A stretch of DNA of 64,000 nt from an uncultured Thermoleophilia bacterium (GTDB taxonomy: Bacteria > Actinomycetota > Thermoleophilia > UBA2241): the NCBI GenBank assembly GCA_963715985.1, contig CAVQSP010000017.1:224001-288000 (forward strand), given 5' to 3'. Below, one piece after another: positions 9,921 through 20,553 of this stretch. The translations under genes and the position numbers were made by a program. The notes under the pieces are model-generated. The model did no database searches. It was not told where the DNA came from and worked only from the letters and a program-made list of their open reading frames with translations. Position 1 is the first letter of the stretch; the number at the start of each line of letters is the position of its first letter.

Positions 9921-10048
9921 CGACGAGATCGAGCTGACTGCAGCGCGGAGTCCGGCTGCGTGCACGAGGCGGCGCCGCGCAGCAGAGCGCCGCCGCGGGG
10001 GCAGGGTGGAGCACGCCGGGCGAGGAGTAGGCCCGTCCGCGCCCGGCG

Positions 10049-10789
10049 CTACTTCTTCAGGCGGCCCTTGAGGGTCTTGAGGCGACGCTCCTGACCGAGG
10101 TTCTGCACCACCAGCGCGACCACGGTGATCATGTAGAGCTGGCCGAAGACCGCCTCGGACGCCGCCATCATGCGTCCCACGCTCTCCGCCGCCGTCAGGT
10201 CGCCGTACCCCACCGTCGTGATGGTGATCAGGCTGAAGTACAGGTAGTCGATGGACCCCGCCGTCTGCGGCGGCTGGACCTGCGCGAAGAAGGGCCCGCC
10301 CTGCACGAGCCCGCTGAGGGCGAACGCCGAGGCGAAGAACATGGCGATGAGCAGGTACACGCACACCGCCCCGTAGAACGTGTTGAGGCTCACCACGAGG
10401 TGGGAGGCCAGACGCTTCACGATCGCCAGGGGTGCGACGATGACGAGCAGCGCCGTGAGTGCGGCCGCCACCCAGCGTCCGGTCTCGTCGCTGCCCAGGA
10501 GCGTGGCGACCACCGCTACGAGCGTGACGATGGGGATGAGCGCGAGCGCCAGGCGCAGCAGGCGGCGCTGCACCTGCGAGGCGCGCAGCGCCAGCCAGGT
10601 GGTCGCCGCCAGCAGGATCAGCGAGACGGAGCGGCCGGCGCTGTGGTCGCCGCCGATGGCGGTGGCGAAGAACGTGGCTACCATCAGCACGAGGACGAGC
10701 CCGTAGGAGTCCACGAACCGCGGCGGCTTCTCCGCGCTTGGGTCGTCAAGCTGGGCTTCTGTGGACTCCTGGACGAGGCTCTCGCCCAC
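10049..10789 (-). CDS. Potassium channel family protein (ion_trans_2) with extra N-terminal TM helices
   Basis: YFSLITITTVGYGD selectivity filter; E.VFGQLY. Confidence 0.9.
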   Translation of the reverse strand: MGESLVQESTEAQLDDPSAEKPPRFVDSYGLVLVLMVATFFATAIGGDHSAGRSVSLILLAATTWLALRASQVQRRLLRLALALIPIVTLVAVVATLLGSDETGRWVAAALTALLVIVAPLAIVKRLASHLVVSLNTFYGAVCVYLLIAMFFASAFALSGLVQGGPFFAQVQPPQTAGSIDYLYFSLITITTVGYGDLTAAESVGRMMAASEAVFGQLYMITVVALVVQNLGQERRLKTLKGRLKK

Positions 10790-11044
10790 TCTGGGATCCG
10801 GGCGTCACGAGCGCGGCCCTCGTCGCCGGCTCGGGCGCCGTTGCAGGCCCCGGCTCCGGAGGAGCGCCGGCGGGCGGTGTGCTGGTGTCGTCGGGCGCGG
10901 TCATGGCCTGGGCGACACTGTATCCCACGCGTAGCGGGCGCAACAGGGAGCCGGCCGGCGCCGATCGCCGCCCGGGCAGGTGAACGCAGGCGGCGGCGCG
11001 AACGTCCTTGCTGTACACTCCCGGCCCTGACCAGGCGATGATCC

Positions 11045-11980
11045 ATGCAGTACGACGGCTACACTCCGAGGCCCAGGCGCGACCGCGCCCAGCGTAAGCG
11101 CCAGCTGGCGCGGCGGCGCCTCGCCGTGCTCATCGTGGTCGTGCTCGTTGTGGTGGCGATCGTGACCGCCGTCGTCGTGAGCCGGCGCGGCGGCGCCGAG
11201 AAGGCCGCCGCCGGCGAGCCGCAGGCCGCAAAGACCACCGCCTCCGGGTCGTCCGGCGGCAAAGCGTCGCCCAGCCCCTCGCCGACGGTGCCCCCGCCCG
11301 CGGTGTGGGAGGCGAGCGCGTCCAAGCCGGTGCGCGTGTGGGTCGGCGGCGACTCCATGGGCGGCGAGCTGGGGTGGGGCCTGGGCCCGCTGCTGGAGAA
11401 GACCGAGGTCCTCAAGCCGACCCTCTACTACAAGGACTCCACCGGCATCTGCCGCTGGGACTTCTTCGACTGGGGCGATCACATGGAAGCGGTGATGAAG
11501 ACGGCCAAGCCCGACGCGGTCGTCCTCATGATGGGCACCAACGACACCCAGTCGGTGTGGCAGAACGGCGACTGGATCGCCTACGGCGACCCCAAGTGGA
11601 AGAAGGTCTACCTCAAGCGCGTCTCGGACATGACGAAGACGGCCCTTGAAGGCGGCGCCCGTCGCGTCTACTGGGTCGGCATGCCCATCATGGCCGAGGG
11701 CTGGCGCAATCCACGCATGAAGTTCATCAACAAGATCGTCCAGACGGCTGTGGCCGGCATCCCGGGGGCGCAGTACATCGACTCCTGGGAGCTGTTCACG
11801 GACGCCAACGGCGACTACGTGTCGTCCCTCCGGCTCGGCGACGGTGTGCACTTCACGGTGGAAGGCCAGCGGATCATCGGCAAGGCCGTGCTGAAGGCCA
11901 TCAAGAAGGACTGGCTGCCCAACGGCGTGCAGTCGCCCAAGCCGACGCCCTCCCCGTCGTCGTCCGCCTCCTCCATCTGA
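11045..11980 (+). CDS. Membrane-anchored SGNH/GDSL (DUF459) O-acyltransferase/esterase 1
   Basis: N-terminal TM, Pro/Ser linker, GDS, FFDW, GTND, DGVH. Confidence 0.88.
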   Translation: MQYDGYTPRPRRDRAQRKRQLARRRLAVLIVVVLVVVAIVTAVVVSRRGGAEKAAAGEPQAAKTTASGSSGGKASPSPSPTVPPPAVWEASASKPVRVWVGGDSMGGELGWGLGPLLEKTEVLKPTLYYKDSTGICRWDFFDWGDHMEAVMKTAKPDAVVLMMGTNDTQSVWQNGDWIAYGDPKWKKVYLKRVSDMTKTALEGGARRVYWVGMPIMAEGWRNPRMKFINKIVQTAVAGIPGAQYIDSWELFTDANGDYVSSLRLGDGVHFTVEGQRIIGKAVLKAIKKDWLPNGVQSPKPTPSPSSSASSI

Positions 11981-12075
11981 AGGCAGTGCACCTCCGCCTC
12001 GCGTCTCGGTGACCGCGAGAGGGAGCCTCGCTGTCCGGGTGGTCGCGGGCCGTTCCGCGCGCGGATAATGGACGC

Positions 12076-12921
12076 ATGATGCTCACCCTCGTCGCAGCGC
12101 TCCCCGGCAACGTGTTCGACGACGCCAAGCGGCCGCTGTTCTTCCTGCTCCTCGCCTTCATCTGCACGTTCGCCGTGGTGCGCATCAGCACACGCCGCAC
12201 GCGTGCCCGCGGAGGCGCCGGCACGGGCGCCGGCAGCATCGTCACGCCGGGAGGCCTGCACATCCACCACTCCGTGTTCGGCATCATCGCCATGGTGGTG
12301 GCCGGGATCCTGGAGTTCGCCCTGCAGCCCGGCAGCCCGGGCGTGGAGATGATCGCCGTCGCCTTCGGCGCCGGCGCCGCCCTCACCCTGGACGAGTTCG
12401 CCCTGATCCTCCACCTCGAGGACGTGTACTGGACCGGTGAGGGGCGCACGTCCATCGACGCCGTCATCCTCGGCCTGACGTTCATGACGCTGCTCCTCAC
12501 GGGGCTTCTGCCGGGAGGCCTCAGCGAGGTCAACGACTACCTCACGCTCTCGCGCTGGGCGGGCTTCGCCGTCATCCTCAGCAGCTTGGTGTTCGTGGTC
12601 GCCTGCTACCTCAAGGGCAAGCTGTTCATGGGCACTGTGGGCATCTTCATCCCACCGGTGGCCCTCATCGGGGCGCTGCGCCTCGCCAAGCCCGCCTCCC
12701 CGTGGGCCCATCTGCGCTACGCGCGCAACCCCGCCAAGCTGGAACGCGCGGCGCGTCGGCACGACGGCTTCAACCGGCGCTGGCGCGACCTCAAGCACCG
12801 CGTATGGGACCTCATCGGCGGGCCCCCGCACCTCCACCTGCCACACCTGCACACCCGGCGCGGGCCCTCGGAGCCCGGGCCGGCGGAGCAGGGCGAGGCG
12901 CCGCACGGCGACGAGCCCTGA
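12076..12921 (+). CDS. Actinobacterial integral membrane protein (HIHH motif)
   Basis: GLHIHH..FG, GAALTLDEFALILHL.DVYW...GR.S.DAV, RLAKP.SPWA. Confidence 0.8.
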   Translation: MMLTLVAALPGNVFDDAKRPLFFLLLAFICTFAVVRISTRRTRARGGAGTGAGSIVTPGGLHIHHSVFGIIAMVVAGILEFALQPGSPGVEMIAVAFGAGAALTLDEFALILHLEDVYWTGEGRTSIDAVILGLTFMTLLLTGLLPGGLSEVNDYLTLSRWAGFAVILSSLVFVVACYLKGKLFMGTVGIFIPPVALIGALRLAKPASPWAHLRYARNPAKLERAARRHDGFNRRWRDLKHRVWDLIGGPPHLHLPHLHTRRGPSEPGPAEQGEAPHGDEP

Positions 12922-13016
12922 CCCGCGGCGACCGCCCGGCAGTAGGGTCGCCGCTCCGGCGCGAACGGCGGTTGGCAGCGGGTCGTCCCTTTCCCTAGAC
13001 TGACCCGGACCCCCCC

Positions 13017-14615
13017 ATGCTGTTTCCCACCATCACATTCGCGGTCTTCTTCCTGCTGGTGTTCATCGGGAACTGGCTGCTCATGCCCAGACCGCGGCTG
13101 TGGAAGCCGTTCATGCTGCTGGCCAGCCTCGTCTTCTACGGCTGGTGGGAATGGCGCTTCGTCCTGCTGCTCGCCCTGAGCGCCGTGGCCAACCAGCTCT
13201 TCGCCCTCGGCATCCAGCGTGCGGCGACGCCCGCCGGCCGCAGGTGGCTGCTGGCGGGCGCCGTGGTCGTCAACCTGGGCGTGCTGGGCTGGTTCAAGTA
13301 CTACGGCTTCTTCGTCACCTCCGTGGTGGACTTCCTCGGCGCCTTCCACCTCAACGCCGACCTGCCTCTGCTGCGCATCGTGCTGCCGATCGGCATCTCG
13401 TTCCTCACGTTCCGCGTGCTCAGCTACGTGATCGACGTCTACCGCGGCACGCTGCGCCCCTCCTCGATGATGGACTTCGCCGTGTACGTGGCCTTCTTCC
13501 CGTACACGCTGGCCGGCCCCATCGCCCGCGCCTCCGAGTTCCTGCCGCAGCTGGCCGGCCCGCGCGACCCCAGGAACGTGGACACGTCGCGCGCCTTCTT
13601 CCTGATCTTCGCCGGCCTCGCCAAGAAGATGCTGCTCGCCGACTATCTGGCCACGCACATCGTGAACGGCGTCTTCACGACGCCGGGGTCGTACACCCCG
13701 CTGGAGACGCTGGTGGGCATCATCGGCTACTCCGTGCAGATCTACTGCGACTTCAGCGCCTACGCCGACATCGCCATCGGCATCTCGCTGCTGCTCGGCT
13801 TCGAGCTGCCGGACAACTTCGACGCCCCCTACACGGCCGTCTCCGTGCAGGACTTCTGGCGCCGCTGGCACATGACGCTGTCGCGCTGGCTGCGCGACTA
13901 CCTCTACATCCCGCTGGGCGGCAACCGCAGAGGTCAGGTGCGCACCTACGTGAACCTGTTCCTCACGATGCTGCTGGGTGGGCTCTGGCACGGAGCCGGG
14001 TGGACCTTCATCTTCTGGGGCGCCTTGTACGGCGGCGCCCTTGTGGTCGAGCACCGGCGCCTCGACGTGCGCAAGGCGCGCGTCCTGCGCCGGCAGCGCG
14101 CCCGGCAGCCGGCCCCGGTGCCGTACCTGGACGACGCCGGCGACCTGGGCCGCAGCGCGCGCGCCCTGGCCGCGATGTCGGGCGACGCCGCGCCCGCCAC
14201 CGTCGGCCCGGCCGGGGTGGCCGCGCCCGCCGCGGCTGCCGCCTCGCCGGCGGTCCCCGCGTACGACAAGCGCCCGTGGGGCGGAGGGGCCCTGCCCCGT
14301 ATCGGGGTCTTCGCCTTCGTCACCTTCGCCTGGGTCTTCTTCCGCTCGCCGACGTTCGGCGCCGCCCTCAGCGTCCTCGGCCAGCTCTTCCGCGGCTGGG
14401 GCAGCGTCGGCGCCGCCGTGACCCCGGCCGTGCTGCTGGTGATCGTCGTGGGCATCGGCGTGCAATACGTGCCGCGCAGCTTCTATGAGCGCCTGCAGGC
14501 TGGGTTCTCCGTGCTCAACCCGCTCCTCCAGGGGCTCGCCCTCGCCGTGGGCTTCATGCTGCTCGACGTCCTCGGGCCCACCGGGCCCGCCAGCTTCCTC
14601 TACTTCAAGTTCTGA
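13017..14615 (+). CDS. MBOAT O-acyltransferase (AlgI/PatA type) 1
   Basis: LPIGISF.TF, AGPI.RA, QIYCDFS.Y.DIA, FWRRWH.TLS.WLRDYLYIPLGGNR, GLWHGA, C-terminal FLYFKF. Confidence 0.95.
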   Translation: MLFPTITFAVFFLLVFIGNWLLMPRPRLWKPFMLLASLVFYGWWEWRFVLLLALSAVANQLFALGIQRAATPAGRRWLLAGAVVVNLGVLGWFKYYGFFVTSVVDFLGAFHLNADLPLLRIVLPIGISFLTFRVLSYVIDVYRGTLRPSSMMDFAVYVAFFPYTLAGPIARASEFLPQLAGPRDPRNVDTSRAFFLIFAGLAKKMLLADYLATHIVNGVFTTPGSYTPLETLVGIIGYSVQIYCDFSAYADIAIGISLLLGFELPDNFDAPYTAVSVQDFWRRWHMTLSRWLRDYLYIPLGGNRRGQVRTYVNLFLTMLLGGLWHGAGWTFIFWGALYGGALVVEHRRLDVRKARVLRRQRARQPAPVPYLDDAGDLGRSARALAAMSGDAAPATVGPAGVAAPAAAAASPAVPAYDKRPWGGGALPRIGVFAFVTFAWVFFRSPTFGAALSVLGQLFRGWGSVGAAVTPAVLLVIVVGIGVQYVPRSFYERLQAGFSVLNPLLQGLALAVGFMLLDVLGPTGPASFLYFKF

Positions 14616-15700
14616 TGGACGACCGCGACGACAGGCCGGCGCTCGGCCGCCGCAGGCGCACCGCCGCCAGCGCGCTCATCGCCATCCTCGTCGCCTTCGG
14701 CATCGGCGTGCTCTTCAACGCCCCGGCCATGAAGAAGACGGCGATGGAGCTCCCGTTCGGCGGCGCCCGCAGCTTCCGGCTCGCGCTGGTGAGCCCCGCC
14801 GCGGCCGTGAGCCACTGGCTGTACCTCGACCGGCCCGCGCGCCTGGCGGCCTCCCTGCTCGGCAAGCCCGATCCTGGTCCCGCGCCGGTGCAGGTGGTCG
14901 TCGTCACGCCGAGCCCGTCGCCGTCGGCCAGCAAGGGGTCCAAGCCGCGCGTCAAGCCCTCGGACAAGCCGCTGCCCAAGCCATACGCGGGGCACCCCAT
15001 GCACCTGTACATCGCCGGTGACTCCATGGCCGGCATCCCCGGCATGGCGCTGGTGAACCTGTCCAACGACACCAAGCTCATCAAGCCGCTGCTGGACTAC
15101 CACATCTCCAGCGGCCTCGTGCGCCCGGACTTCTTCAACTGGCCGGCGCAGCTGCAGTCGCAGGTCAAGGCGTTCGACCCCGGAGCCGCGGTCGTCATGT
15201 GGGGAGCCAACGACAACCAGGGCGTGCAGACGTCCTCGGGCAAGGTGTACGACTTCGGCTCCGACGGCTGGCAGAAGGAGTACCGAAAGCGCGTCGAGGA
15301 CGTCATCGAGCTGCTCTTCGCCGGCGGCGTGCGCCGCATCTACTGGGTGGGGCAGCCCATCATGCCCGACTCCACGTACGACCGCCAGATCCGCCTCATC
15401 AACGACGTCATCAAGTCGAGCGTGAAGAAGCACACCGGCGTGCAGTACATCGACGCGTACTCCGTCTTCAGCAACGGCAGCGGCGCCTACTCGCAGTACC
15501 TCAAGGACGACCACGGCAAGACGCAGCAGGTGAGAGAGCAGGACGGCGAGCACCTCACGTACGCCGGCGGCCTGCGTCTGGCCGAGGTCATCATGGCCGC
15601 CATCAAGGACGAATGGCTGAAGAAGGGCAAGAAGGACGCCGCGACGCCCTCGCCCTCGGCGTCGCCCAAAGCCAAGAGCACCGCCTCGCCCGCTCCCTGA
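14615..15700 (+). CDS. Membrane-anchored SGNH/GDSL (DUF459) protein 2
   Basis: TGATG coupling to the MBOAT; GDS, SSGL.RPDFFNW, GAND, DGEH. Confidence 0.88.
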   Translation: MDDRDDRPALGRRRRTAASALIAILVAFGIGVLFNAPAMKKTAMELPFGGARSFRLALVSPAAAVSHWLYLDRPARLAASLLGKPDPGPAPVQVVVVTPSPSPSASKGSKPRVKPSDKPLPKPYAGHPMHLYIAGDSMAGIPGMALVNLSNDTKLIKPLLDYHISSGLVRPDFFNWPAQLQSQVKAFDPGAAVVMWGANDNQGVQTSSGKVYDFGSDGWQKEYRKRVEDVIELLFAGGVRRIYWVGQPIMPDSTYDRQIRLINDVIKSSVKKHTGVQYIDAYSVFSNGSGAYSQYLKDDHGKTQQVREQDGEHLTYAGGLRLAEVIMAAIKDEWLKKGKKDAATPSPSASPKAKSTASPAP

Positions 15701-15764
15701 GCCTGCGCGCGCCGCCCTGCGCGCGTCTCTGGTCTTGCCCGGCGGCTGTAGTACCATGCCGGGC

Positions 15765-17204
15765 ATGCTCTTCCCGACCATCACCTTCGCCGTCTTCTTC
15801 CTCCTCGTCTACGCGGCGAACTGGCTGCTCATGCCGCGCTTTCGCCTGTGGAAGTGGTTCATCATCGGGGCCAGCTACGTGTTCTACGGGTGGTGGGACT
15901 GGCGCTTCGTGCTGCTGCTCGTGGCGGCGACGTTCGTCAATCAGGTGCTGGCCGTGCAGATCTGGAGGGCGCGCCGGCGGCGGGGTGGAGCCGGGGCGGC
16001 GAAGCTGTGGCTGACGCTCGCGGTGGTCGCCGACCTCGCGGCGCTCGGCTACTTCAAGTACGTCGACTTCTTCGCCGTGAACCTCGACCACCTGCTCACC
16101 AGCATCGGTCTCGGGGCCCCGCTGCCGCTCCTCAGGGTGCTGCTGCCGGTGGGCATCTCGTTCCTCGTCTTCCGCGTGCTCACCTACGCCGTCGACATCT
16201 ATCGCGGCGAGCTGGCCCCGGCGTCCACCCTCGACTTCGGCGTGTACGTCGCCTTCTTCCCGTACCTGCTTGCCGGCCCGATCGCCAGGGCGCGCGACTT
16301 CCTCCCCCAGCTGCGCGCGCCGCGCGACCCGCACACGGTGGACGCGGGCCGCGCCTTCACCCTCATCCTCGGCGGCCTCGCCAAGAAGATGCTCATCGCG
16401 GACTACCTCTCCACCCACATCGTCAACGGGGTCTTCCTCTCGCCGCAGAGCTACTCGGCCTGGGAGACGGCCTGGGCCATCGCCGCCTACTCCGTGCAGA
16501 TCTACTGCGACTTCAGCGCCTACAGCGACATCGCCATCGGCATCTCACTGTTGCTGGGCTTCGAGCTGCCGGAGAACTTCAACGCGCCGTACACGGCGCG
16601 CACCATCCAGGACTTCTGGCGCCGCTGGCACATCACGCTGTCGAGCTGGCTGCGCGACTACCTGTACATCCCGCTGGGCGGCAACCGCAAAGGCCGCGGC
16701 CGCACGTACATCAATCTGATCGTCACGTTCCTGCTCGGCGGGTTGTGGCACGGCGCCGGCTGGAACTTCATCTTCTGGGGCGGCATGCACGGGGTCGGCC
16801 TCGCCCTGGAGCGGGCGCGCGCCGACGTGCGCCGCGCGCGCGGCATCCCCGAGCCCGGCGCGACCGCCGGCGGTCGCGCCCTGCAGCGGGTCGCCGTGTT
16901 CGTGTTCGTGAGCGTCGCCTGGGTGTTCTTCCGCGCCGACTCCATCGGCGGCGCGTTCGCGGTGCTCTGGCGCCTCATCGCGGGTCTCGGGAGCATCGGG
17001 TCGGCCGTCACCTGGCCCGTCGTCGGCCTTGTCGCCCTCGGCATCGGCATCCAGTACATCCCGCGCCGTCTCATCGAGCGTCTGGAGGGCGGGCTGGCGC
17101 GCATCGGCTGGGTGGGGCAGGGCGCCGTGCTCGCCGCCGCCCTCTTCCTCATCGACACGCTGGGGCCGCAGGGCGCGGCCGAGTTCCTCTACTTCAAGTT
17201 CTGA
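15765..17204 (+). CDS. MBOAT O-acyltransferase (AlgI/PatA type) 2
   Basis: Paralogue of 13017-14615 with the same motifs and FLYFKF end. Confidence 0.95.
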   Translation: MLFPTITFAVFFLLVYAANWLLMPRFRLWKWFIIGASYVFYGWWDWRFVLLLVAATFVNQVLAVQIWRARRRRGGAGAAKLWLTLAVVADLAALGYFKYVDFFAVNLDHLLTSIGLGAPLPLLRVLLPVGISFLVFRVLTYAVDIYRGELAPASTLDFGVYVAFFPYLLAGPIARARDFLPQLRAPRDPHTVDAGRAFTLILGGLAKKMLIADYLSTHIVNGVFLSPQSYSAWETAWAIAAYSVQIYCDFSAYSDIAIGISLLLGFELPENFNAPYTARTIQDFWRRWHITLSSWLRDYLYIPLGGNRKGRGRTYINLIVTFLLGGLWHGAGWNFIFWGGMHGVGLALERARADVRRARGIPEPGATAGGRALQRVAVFVFVSVAWVFFRADSIGGAFAVLWRLIAGLGSIGSAVTWPVVGLVALGIGIQYIPRRLIERLEGGLARIGWVGQGAVLAAALFLIDTLGPQGAAEFLYFKF

Positions 17205-17288
17205 CACGGAAGCGACCCGGCATCGTGCCTGACGACTACGACAACGAGGGAAAGGACCGGCGGCCCTTCTCGGAGGAGCCGGACGACC

Positions 17289-18533
17289 TTGCTCGTGTGG
17301 AACGACCTGCGGCCGCCGCAGCGGCCGGCCGGGGCGGAGCCGCGCCGGGCGGCCGCGCCGCCGCCGAACGCCTACGAGGACGCGACGCGCGCCTACGGTG
17401 CGCCGCCTGGGGGGGAGCGGCGCACCGCCGATGGCCGCGTCCGGCCCCGCCGGTCGCAGTACGGCAGCGACGACGAGTGGCAGGAGTGGCTGGATCCCGG
17501 CGAGGGCGCGCAGGCCGGCGAGCCGGCCGCGGGCGACGGACCGGGCGGCCCGTTCGGCCCGGACGCGCTCGGGCACGTGCCCGGGCGCGCCGGGCCGAAC
17601 CGCCGCCGCGTCTCCGCCGGCGCCGTCCTCGCCGCCATGCTGCTCGGCTTCTTCGTCGCCGGCCTGCTCGACGCCGCGGCCATCCAGAAGCGCGTGCAGG
17701 GCGAGCAGCTGGGCGCCATGCGCAGCCTGCAGCTCGCCCTGCTCAAGCCGGTGGTCGCGGTGAGCGGCCTCCTGCAGCTCGATCGCCCGGCCGAGGCCCT
17801 CAACGCCGCCCTGGGACGCGGCGAGGAGGTGCACCACACCATCGCCGAGACCAAGCAGAAGCAGCCCAAGTGGCCGCGCGAGATCACGGCGGCCAAACCC
17901 TTGCGCCTGTGGATCATCGGCGACTCCATGGGCCAGGTCTTCGGCTCGTCGCTCAAGAATCTCGCCGAGGACACCGGCCTCATCAAAGCCAAGATGGAGT
18001 ACAAGGTCTCCAGCGGCCTGAGCCGCCCGGACTTCTACGACTGGCCGCAGCACATGATCGACCAGATCGTGGACTGGAACCCCGATGCGACGGCCGTGCT
18101 CTTCGGCGCCAACGACGGCCAGAACTTCTACAGCCACGGCAAGGTGCTCAACGTCGGTACCAAGGCCTGGCAGGTTGAGTACGCGAAGCGCGTCGGCAAG
18201 GCGATGACGATCCTCACCAGGGGAGGGCGGCGCGTCTACTGGGTGGGGCAGCCCATCATGCGAAACTCCATCTACCGCGACAAGACCGCGATGATCGACA
18301 AGATCTATGCGGCCGAGGCGAAGAAGCACCCCGGCGTGCAGTACATCTCCACGTGGATGCTGTTCGCCGACAAGAAGGGATCGTACACCGAGGCCCTGCC
18401 GGGGTCGGGCGGCGAGCTCGTCGTGATGCGGGCGCCGGACGGCATCCACCTCACGCGCGCCGGCGGCGACCGCATGGCCCAGGTGGTGCTGGACGTCATC
18501 GAGAAGGACTGGGGCATCCCGCAGCAGCCGTGA
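17289..18533 (+). CDS. Membrane-anchored SGNH/GDSL (DUF459) protein 3 (true start probably GTG 17225, with a 1-nt indel near 17289)
   Basis: GDS, SSGLSRPDFYDW, GAND, DGIH; TM before the domain. Confidence 0.85.
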   Translation: MLVWNDLRPPQRPAGAEPRRAAAPPPNAYEDATRAYGAPPGGERRTADGRVRPRRSQYGSDDEWQEWLDPGEGAQAGEPAAGDGPGGPFGPDALGHVPGRAGPNRRRVSAGAVLAAMLLGFFVAGLLDAAAIQKRVQGEQLGAMRSLQLALLKPVVAVSGLLQLDRPAEALNAALGRGEEVHHTIAETKQKQPKWPREITAAKPLRLWIIGDSMGQVFGSSLKNLAEDTGLIKAKMEYKVSSGLSRPDFYDWPQHMIDQIVDWNPDATAVLFGANDGQNFYSHGKVLNVGTKAWQVEYAKRVGKAMTILTRGGRRVYWVGQPIMRNSIYRDKTAMIDKIYAAEAKKHPGVQYISTWMLFADKKGSYTEALPGSGGELVVMRAPDGIHLTRAGGDRMAQVVLDVIEKDWGIPQQP

Positions 18534-18581
18534 GCGCCTGCGGTCGGGTCGGCCCGGCTGGAGTACCGGCGGTTTCCCGCC

Positions 18582-19550
18582 TCAGGCCTGAACCTGACCC
18601 TCCTCGTCCACCCAATCGCGCGTGACGACGAGCCAGAAGGCGAGGCCGGCGAAGGGCCCGTAGGGCCGGAACCGCCGGCGGATCGTCGCGTCGGGGACCA
18701 GCCGTCCCGCCCGTTTGCCCGCAAGCTTCGCGTACTTGGGCCGCGACCACGAGTCCAGCACAAGCCGCGAGTGGCGGCCCAGCAGCATCATCACGTGCGC
18801 GGCCGCGTACGGCCCTACGCCCGGGAGCAGCAGCAGGCGCCGCTCGACCTCGTCGTCGGGGAGCTCGGCTGCCGGCGCGAGGTAGAGCTCCTCCAGGTCG
18901 AGGTCACCGCCGGCGACGGCGGCGGCCAGGTCTCGGAGGCGGCCGCCGCGGTACCCGGCGCGGGCCACGTCCCGGTAGAAGTCTTGGCCGGCTTCTGCCA
19001 TCGCGGCGGGCGTGGGGAAGGCGTGGCCGTCCGCCCCGTCCGGCGCCGCCCCCGGCGCCGTCTCGCCCAGGCGGCCCACCAGGGCGCCCACCATCCGTTC
19101 CGTGGCCGACCAGGCGCAGTTGGTGGTGCAGACGGTCTTCACCACGTCCTCGAACACGGACGGTCCCCGCACCATGCGGCCGGCGCCGGCGCAGGCCCAG
19201 GCCAGGGCGGGGTCGTGGGCGGCGCGCGCGTAGAACGCGCTCAGGTCGTCGTCCAGACAGAGCATGCGGCGCAGGGAGGAGGTGAGCGCCGCCACAGCGG
19301 GCGCGCCGAGCGGCGGCCCGCCGTCGACGACGCACACGAGCGCGTGCGGTGCACCGTCTGCCGTCTGCGGCCCGCTCACCCGTACCGTGCGTGCCCCGCC
19401 CGGTGCTGTGAGCGTCACCGTGAGCGTGAGCGCCGCCTCGTCCACGGCTGCCGGTGGCAGAGAGGCGACGCCGTGGGAGAGCAGAGTGCGGCGGAAGTCC
19501 ACAGGTTCGCCCGCGGGGCCGCGCAAGGCCAGCTCGGGGAGCAGGCTCAT
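18582..19550 (-). CDS. HhH-GPD DNA glycosylase (AlkA/OGG-like)
   Basis: FEDVVKTVCTTNCAW, AFPTP, GYRG, LPGVGPYAA, LDSW; ATGA overlap with the upstream EamA gene. Confidence 0.85.
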   Translation of the reverse strand: MSLLPELALRGPAGEPVDFRRTLLSHGVASLPPAAVDEAALTLTVTLTAPGGARTVRVSGPQTADGAPHALVCVVDGGPPLGAPAVAALTSSLRRMLCLDDDLSAFYARAAHDPALAWACAGAGRMVRGPSVFEDVVKTVCTTNCAWSATERMVGALVGRLGETAPGAAPDGADGHAFPTPAAMAEAGQDFYRDVARAGYRGGRLRDLAAAVAGGDLDLEELYLAPAAELPDDEVERRLLLLPGVGPYAAAHVMMLLGRHSRLVLDSWSRPKYAKLAGKRAGRLVPDATIRRRFRPYGPFAGLAFWLVVTRDWVDEEGQVQA

Positions 19551-20482
19551 CCCGCCGCGATGAGGGCGACGCCGGCGAGCGCGGCCACTACGCCGGCCAG
19601 CTGGTGCTTCGCGAGGCGCTCGTGAAGAGCCACGAACGCGAGCAGGACCGTGACCACGGGATACACGGAGCCGAGCACCGCCACGAGGCTGAGGTAGCCC
19701 TGGGTGGTGGCCAGTGCGAACAAGCCGTTGGCGCCGGTGTCCAGCAGGCCCACGGCGACGATGAACGGTAGCGCCGCGCGCGTCATGCGTACTCGTGGGC
19801 GCAGGACCACGAGCAGCACCGCGAACACCGTGGCCGACGACAGGCGGCAGCCGAGCATGGCCCAGAGCGGGTCGTGCTTCGCGGTGGCGTCGTAGCTGAG
19901 CAGCACGAGGCCGATGCACACCGCCGCGAGCAGAGCCAGGGCGATGGAGAGACGCTGGTCGCGGCGCGACGGCCCGCCGGCCCGCTCGCCACCGGCCGCG
20001 GCGCCGCGGACCGCGGCCGGCTCGACGGCGGGCTCGTTGGGCAGCGCCCCCACGCCGATGGTCTCGCCGGCGCGCTCGGACTCGATGGCGGCCAGCACGA
20101 CGCCGGCCGCGGCCAGCGCCACCCCGACCAGCTGGGTCGCCGCGGGTCGTTCGCCGCCGGCGAGCCCTACCACGAACGGCACGAGGGCGCTGGTCGCGGT
20201 GATGGGCGCCACGATGCTCATCGTGCCGATGGACAGCGCCGTGTAGAACGACGAGATGGCGATGACGCTCGCCAGGCCGCCCAGGAGGACGGGCCAGACC
20301 ACGGCCAAACCGGGCCAGCCGTGACCTGTGCCGAGGGTCACGGCCGCGGCTCCGACCAGGCCTACCGCCTGACTGCCGATGATGACCGCCCACAGGCTGG
20401 CGCGCCGGGTGGTGAGCCCGCCCAGGAAGTCGCCGGAACCCCAGCAGACGGACGCACCGAGCGCGAGAGCTATGGCCAGCAT
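19547..20482 (-). CDS. EamA/DMT family transporter
   Basis: About 10 TM; WG..DF.GG, GERP, S.YPVVTV...L.ERL. Confidence 0.9.
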   Translation of the reverse strand: MLAIALALGASVCWGSGDFLGGLTTRRASLWAVIIGSQAVGLVGAAAVTLGTGHGWPGLAVVWPVLLGGLASVIAISSFYTALSIGTMSIVAPITATSALVPFVVGLAGGERPAATQLVGVALAAAGVVLAAIESERAGETIGVGALPNEPAVEPAAVRGAAAGGERAGGPSRRDQRLSIALALLAAVCIGLVLLSYDATAKHDPLWAMLGCRLSSATVFAVLLVVLRPRVRMTRAALPFIVAVGLLDTGANGLFALATTQGYLSLVAVLGSVYPVVTVLLAFVALHERLAKHQLAGVVAALAGVALIAAG

Positions 20483-20509
20483 GCGCTGAGGCTATCACGC
20501 AGGGTGGTA

Positions 20510-20553
20510 GGCTTGGCAGGCGCGCGGGCTTCTGCCCGCGCGCCTGCCAAGCC
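20510..20553. repeat. Perfect 20-bp inverted repeat (4-nt loop) in a divergent intergenic region, abutting ATG 20554
   Basis: GGCTTGGCAGGCGCGCGGGC-ttct-GCCCGCGCGCCTGCCAAGCC. Confidence 0.85.
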
